From positions 1,603-21,421 of the forward strand of contig CAYLZE010000089.1 in assembly GCA_964388035.1 (NCBI GenBank): 19,819 bases of DNA, in the 5' to 3' direction. Below, in pieces: positions 17,318 to 19,819 of this stretch. Source of the stretch: an uncultured archaeon (GTDB taxonomy: Archaea > Asgardarchaeota > Lokiarchaeia > Sigyniarchaeales > SOKP01). The stretch's first letter is position 1; the number at the start of each line of letters is the position of its first letter. The position numbers and the translations under genes were made by a program. Under the pieces are notes generated by a model, which had not been told where the DNA came from, did no database searches, and saw nothing but the letters and a program-made list of their open reading frames with translations.

Positions 17318-18500
17318 TTAAATTCCGACACCGATGGTGTTTCCAATTCCAGCAAGTATTATCTTTGAACCCTTTTCGGTATAATTTCGAATCGTCATTT
17401 TAACTTTTTCCACGATTTTAGGAACGGATTGAGTGATGGGCCTGGTCATCGTTGTTATGGCATTTTCCAATGACTGCATGCATATGAGGGCATCAATAGG
17501 TATTTGCTTGTGGGTGGAGGAATCTTCAATATAATATTTCTCAACACCCACACCACCGATTGCCGCACCAACACCAATGGCTATGGAACCGGTTTTATCA
17601 CTACTTAATTTCAATCCGGCATCAATCATGATAATGCGCGAAATGGAATCACCTTGTTCATCGACTAATTTTTTAATGGCCTTTCCTGGTTTGCCCACAG
17701 TTCCTCCCGGACCTTTAGCTCGTACTACATAGACAATCCTATCCTCAAAGTTTACTTCTTGGACAATCGTGTCTTTTTCCGTTTCTAAAACTTTTACATC
17801 TCCATTCTGTACGACGTCTCTTATGAAGCTTCCCGCGACCATTGGTCCTAATGCATCACCAATAGGACTGCCTTCTGAAAATGCTTTAGTGGCTCTATAA
17901 TAAGATTTAGCCATTCCCATGATCATACCCATTTGCATGGATAATTGGAGGAGCAATATCATGGATTTAGTTTTTTTACCCATTATTAAATAATGCTTAA
18001 TCAACCGATGTACATAATCAACAGCCATTGCGGCCTCAAGTAAATTTTCAAGATTATTTCCCTGCGCCTTATCTGCAGTTGGGGCGAGTTCCTTTACTTC
18101 TTTTTCAAATCGATTGTCTCTAATATTCAAAATATGGTCAAATTTAGGGATAATTCCTTGAGGATCAAGTTGCACGGGGCCAATAGTCACGAAAGTCATG
18201 AAATCTTCAAGTTTTAGCATTAAATCCTTTTCAGTTTCCTTTTTGTCCGCGAATTTTTTAAAGTTAGATAAAAGTATCTGCTTACATTCTTCGTTCCAGC
18301 CGGTTAGTTCTGTTAAACCTTGTTCTATATCCTTTGCTGCTTTCCATGCTTGTATTTTTTTTAAGGAATTGAGATCATGCTGTCCCAATTTGTCCGTAAA
18401 ACATCGAGATAAATATCAAGAGGAAAAACAACAAATTCAGAATAAGTGCAAGCGGATCCGCTGTTTGTTGTCCTAATCCTAATTGAAAAATTGAATACAT
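17318..18500 (-). CDS. DUF1512 family membrane-anchored protein, split by a 31-nt putative intron (exon 1 18500-18392, exon 2 18360-17318; 383 aa joined)
   Basis: ATG 18500 gives MYSIFQLGLGQQTADPLALILNLLFFLLIFISMFYG (one TM helix); joined reading continues QKIQAWKAAKDIE. Body has DUF1512-type motifs: LDPQGII, PIGDALGP, GPGGTVG, IDAGLKL, GAAIGG, GIGNTIGV. Confidence 0.85.
18361..18391 (-). other. Putative 31-nt mRNA intron (relaxed BHB type) in DUF1512 gene: AAATTGGGACAGCATGATCTCAATTCCTTAA
   Basis: Contains in-frame TGA, length 3n+1, 8-bp stem AATTGGGA/TCTCAATT, central ACGG/CCTT pairing, exon stem TTTT/AAAA, removal gives FYGQKIQAW. Confidence 0.77.
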
Positions 18501-18763
18501 TTTTTTATATTTTTACTCCATTATAAAATAAGTTAATATTAAGGAGTAATAATTAGAATACGCATAAATTTTTTGTTATTATAAAAATAAAAATTCTTTT
18601 GAATTTTGAAAAAATACTCCATAATCTCAGTTAATTTTTAAGCTTATTTAATTTAAAACTTAAAACACTTAAAAACACGCATTAGAGACCCGTAAAAAAT
18701 TTAAATTAAGGTGGATTTACAAACAAAAGTTCTCATGAAATTTAAAATAATTGAGCTCATGAT

Positions 18764-19819
18764 ATGCAAATTCCAGATCAAATCAAAAAATATAATAGTC
18801 TCATTGTTATAATTTTTTTAACTCTTTTCATGAGAGCTTTGTTTATTTTCAGATCGTTTGATGATATATTGCAATATTTTTATGACGATGCTTTTTATTA
18901 CTTTTCTCTTGTAACCAATTTTTTAAACGGGAAGGGGGTTGTTTTTAACGTGGGAATTCCTACTAATGGATTCCATCCCTTATATTTTTGGCTTTTAATA
19001 CCAATTTTTGGGTTTTTGAGCCCAATAAATGCAAATCTTCCTTTATATTGTATATTAATCGTTCTTACCTGTTTTGATATCGGTACGGGATTTTTTTTAT
19101 ATAAAATTTGCTTGAAAATTCAGAACAGAGCTTCGGGCATTTTTGCAGCAGCCTTCTGGTTACTTAATCCATATATAATGCAAACCACATTTTTGGGATT
19201 AGAAGTGCCCTTGCAAATATTTTTCTTATCATTCTTAACGTATTTTTTGATTAATAACGATAAAACAAGGTATTCGTTAAGAGAGGGAATTATAATTGGA
19301 ATTTTATTAAGTTTAATTATTTACAGCAGGTTAGATGGCATATTCGTCGTTATTAGTGTCGCAATTTCCTTATTTATAAGAAAACTTCAATACTTGAAAA
19401 AGAATAAAGAAAGTTTTACCGTTTTTGATGGCTTTAAAATATTTAAAGAACAAGATATCCTTGTTATACTTGTTATTCCCATTATATCAACACTCTCTTG
19501 GATGGTTTGGAGTTATATACGTGTCGGAGTCTTGTTTCCAATTAGTGGTCAACCGACTAATGTCTCATTCCTTTCAGATAGCTATAATAATCATGTTTTC
19601 AATTCAATCAAAGATACCATTGCTTTCATAATTAACTTAATCTTTTACCCCCCTGAAAGGTATAATTCCCAATTATTTTTCTCAATTTTGATATTTGGCA
19701 TACCAATCTTATTAATATTATATAAATGGTTAATCCAAAAAGATAAATTCTTGAATAGAATCTTTAAAACATTTAATTTTATTGTCATCCTTATATTATT
19801 CTACTATCCCTTCTATTGG
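18764..19819 (+). CDS. GT-C-fold membrane glycosyltransferase-like protein (PMT/ArnT-like), 3' truncated by window edge
   Basis: Absent from the ORF track because there is no stop in the window. Hand translation is open to the end: MQIPDQ...YDDAFYYF...TNGFHPLY...LLNPY...GLEVPL...SRLDG. DD in the first loop and multiple TM helices. Confidence 0.75.
   Translation, partial: MQIPDQIKKYNSLIVIIFLTLFMRALFIFRSFDDILQYFYDDAFYYFSLVTNFLNGKGVVFNVGIPTNGFHPLYFWLLIPIFGFLSPINANLPLYCILIVLTCFDIGTGFFLYKICLKIQNRASGIFAAAFWLLNPYIMQTTFLGLEVPLQIFFLSFLTYFLINNDKTRYSLREGIIIGILLSLIIYSRLDGIFVVISVAISLFIRKLQYLKKNKESFTVFDGFKIFKEQDILVILVIPIISTLSWMVWSYIRVGVLFPISGQPTNVSFLSDSYNNHVFNSIKDTIAFIINLIFYPPERYNSQLFFSILIFGIPILLILYKWLIQKDKFLNRIFKTFNFIVILILFYYPFYW

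Noticed and set aside
18361-18368. Insert 3' ends TTCCTTAA/TTCCCTAA resemble the U12 spliceosomal branch site (TTCCTTAAC) and the telomeric repeat CCCTAA
   Set aside because: No spliceosomal 5' splice site, the inserts are very short, and the motif is explained by pairing with exon GG. Treated as coincidence unless more copies show otherwise.
16959-18391. Ribosomal bypassing (T4 gene 60/byp-like) or MITE footprints as the explanation of the inserts
   Set aside because: No matching take-off and landing codons (GAA vs TAA; CAA vs AAA). The inverted repeats are not terminal, and the 3' end pairs with exon sequence, as expected for BHB motifs. Disfavoured, but only RNA data can exclude them.
2188-19631. 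Short overlapping ORFs in the track (e.g. 2188-2397, 2529-2780, 4361-4613, 5576-6061, 7779-7961, 8331-8549, 11423-12918, 13797-14069, 15094-15306, 15724-15951, 18198-18476, 19425-19631)
   Set aside because: Antisense or alternative-frame shadows of well-supported genes, with no recognisable motifs.

Overview
AT-rich archaeal window. Gene content (LRR-only protein, two SCP2-fold proteins, a Vps29-like phosphoesterase, archaeal/eukaryote-type TyrRS, DUF1512, AOR) suggests an Asgard archaeon, probably Lokiarchaeia; this is inference. Positions 1-14530 hold intact genes: an MFS fragment, a GT-C-like membrane protein, a U32 protein, AOR, an LRR protein, an SCP2-like protein, a class V aminotransferase, a Vps29/YfcE-like phosphoesterase, TyrRS, PPDK and a HAD-IIA hydrolase. 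A decayed FixC/GGR-family oxidoreductase plus FixX-like ferredoxin pair follows (14796-16461). Main finding: two adjacent, otherwise intact minus-strand genes (SCP2 and DUF1512) each carry one tiny structured insertion, 28 nt at 16959-16986 and 31 nt at 18361-18391. The insertions share end motifs (AAATTGGG ... TTCCYTAA), contain in-frame stops and fold with the exon into a relaxed bulge-helix-bulge (BHB). Cutting them by the archaeal splicing-endonuclease rule restores both reading frames (WWE|GDF and FYGQ|KIQ). They are candidate members of a family of mRNA micro-introns; splicing has not been shown. The window ends in a partial GT-C membrane glycosyltransferase that the ORF track misses.
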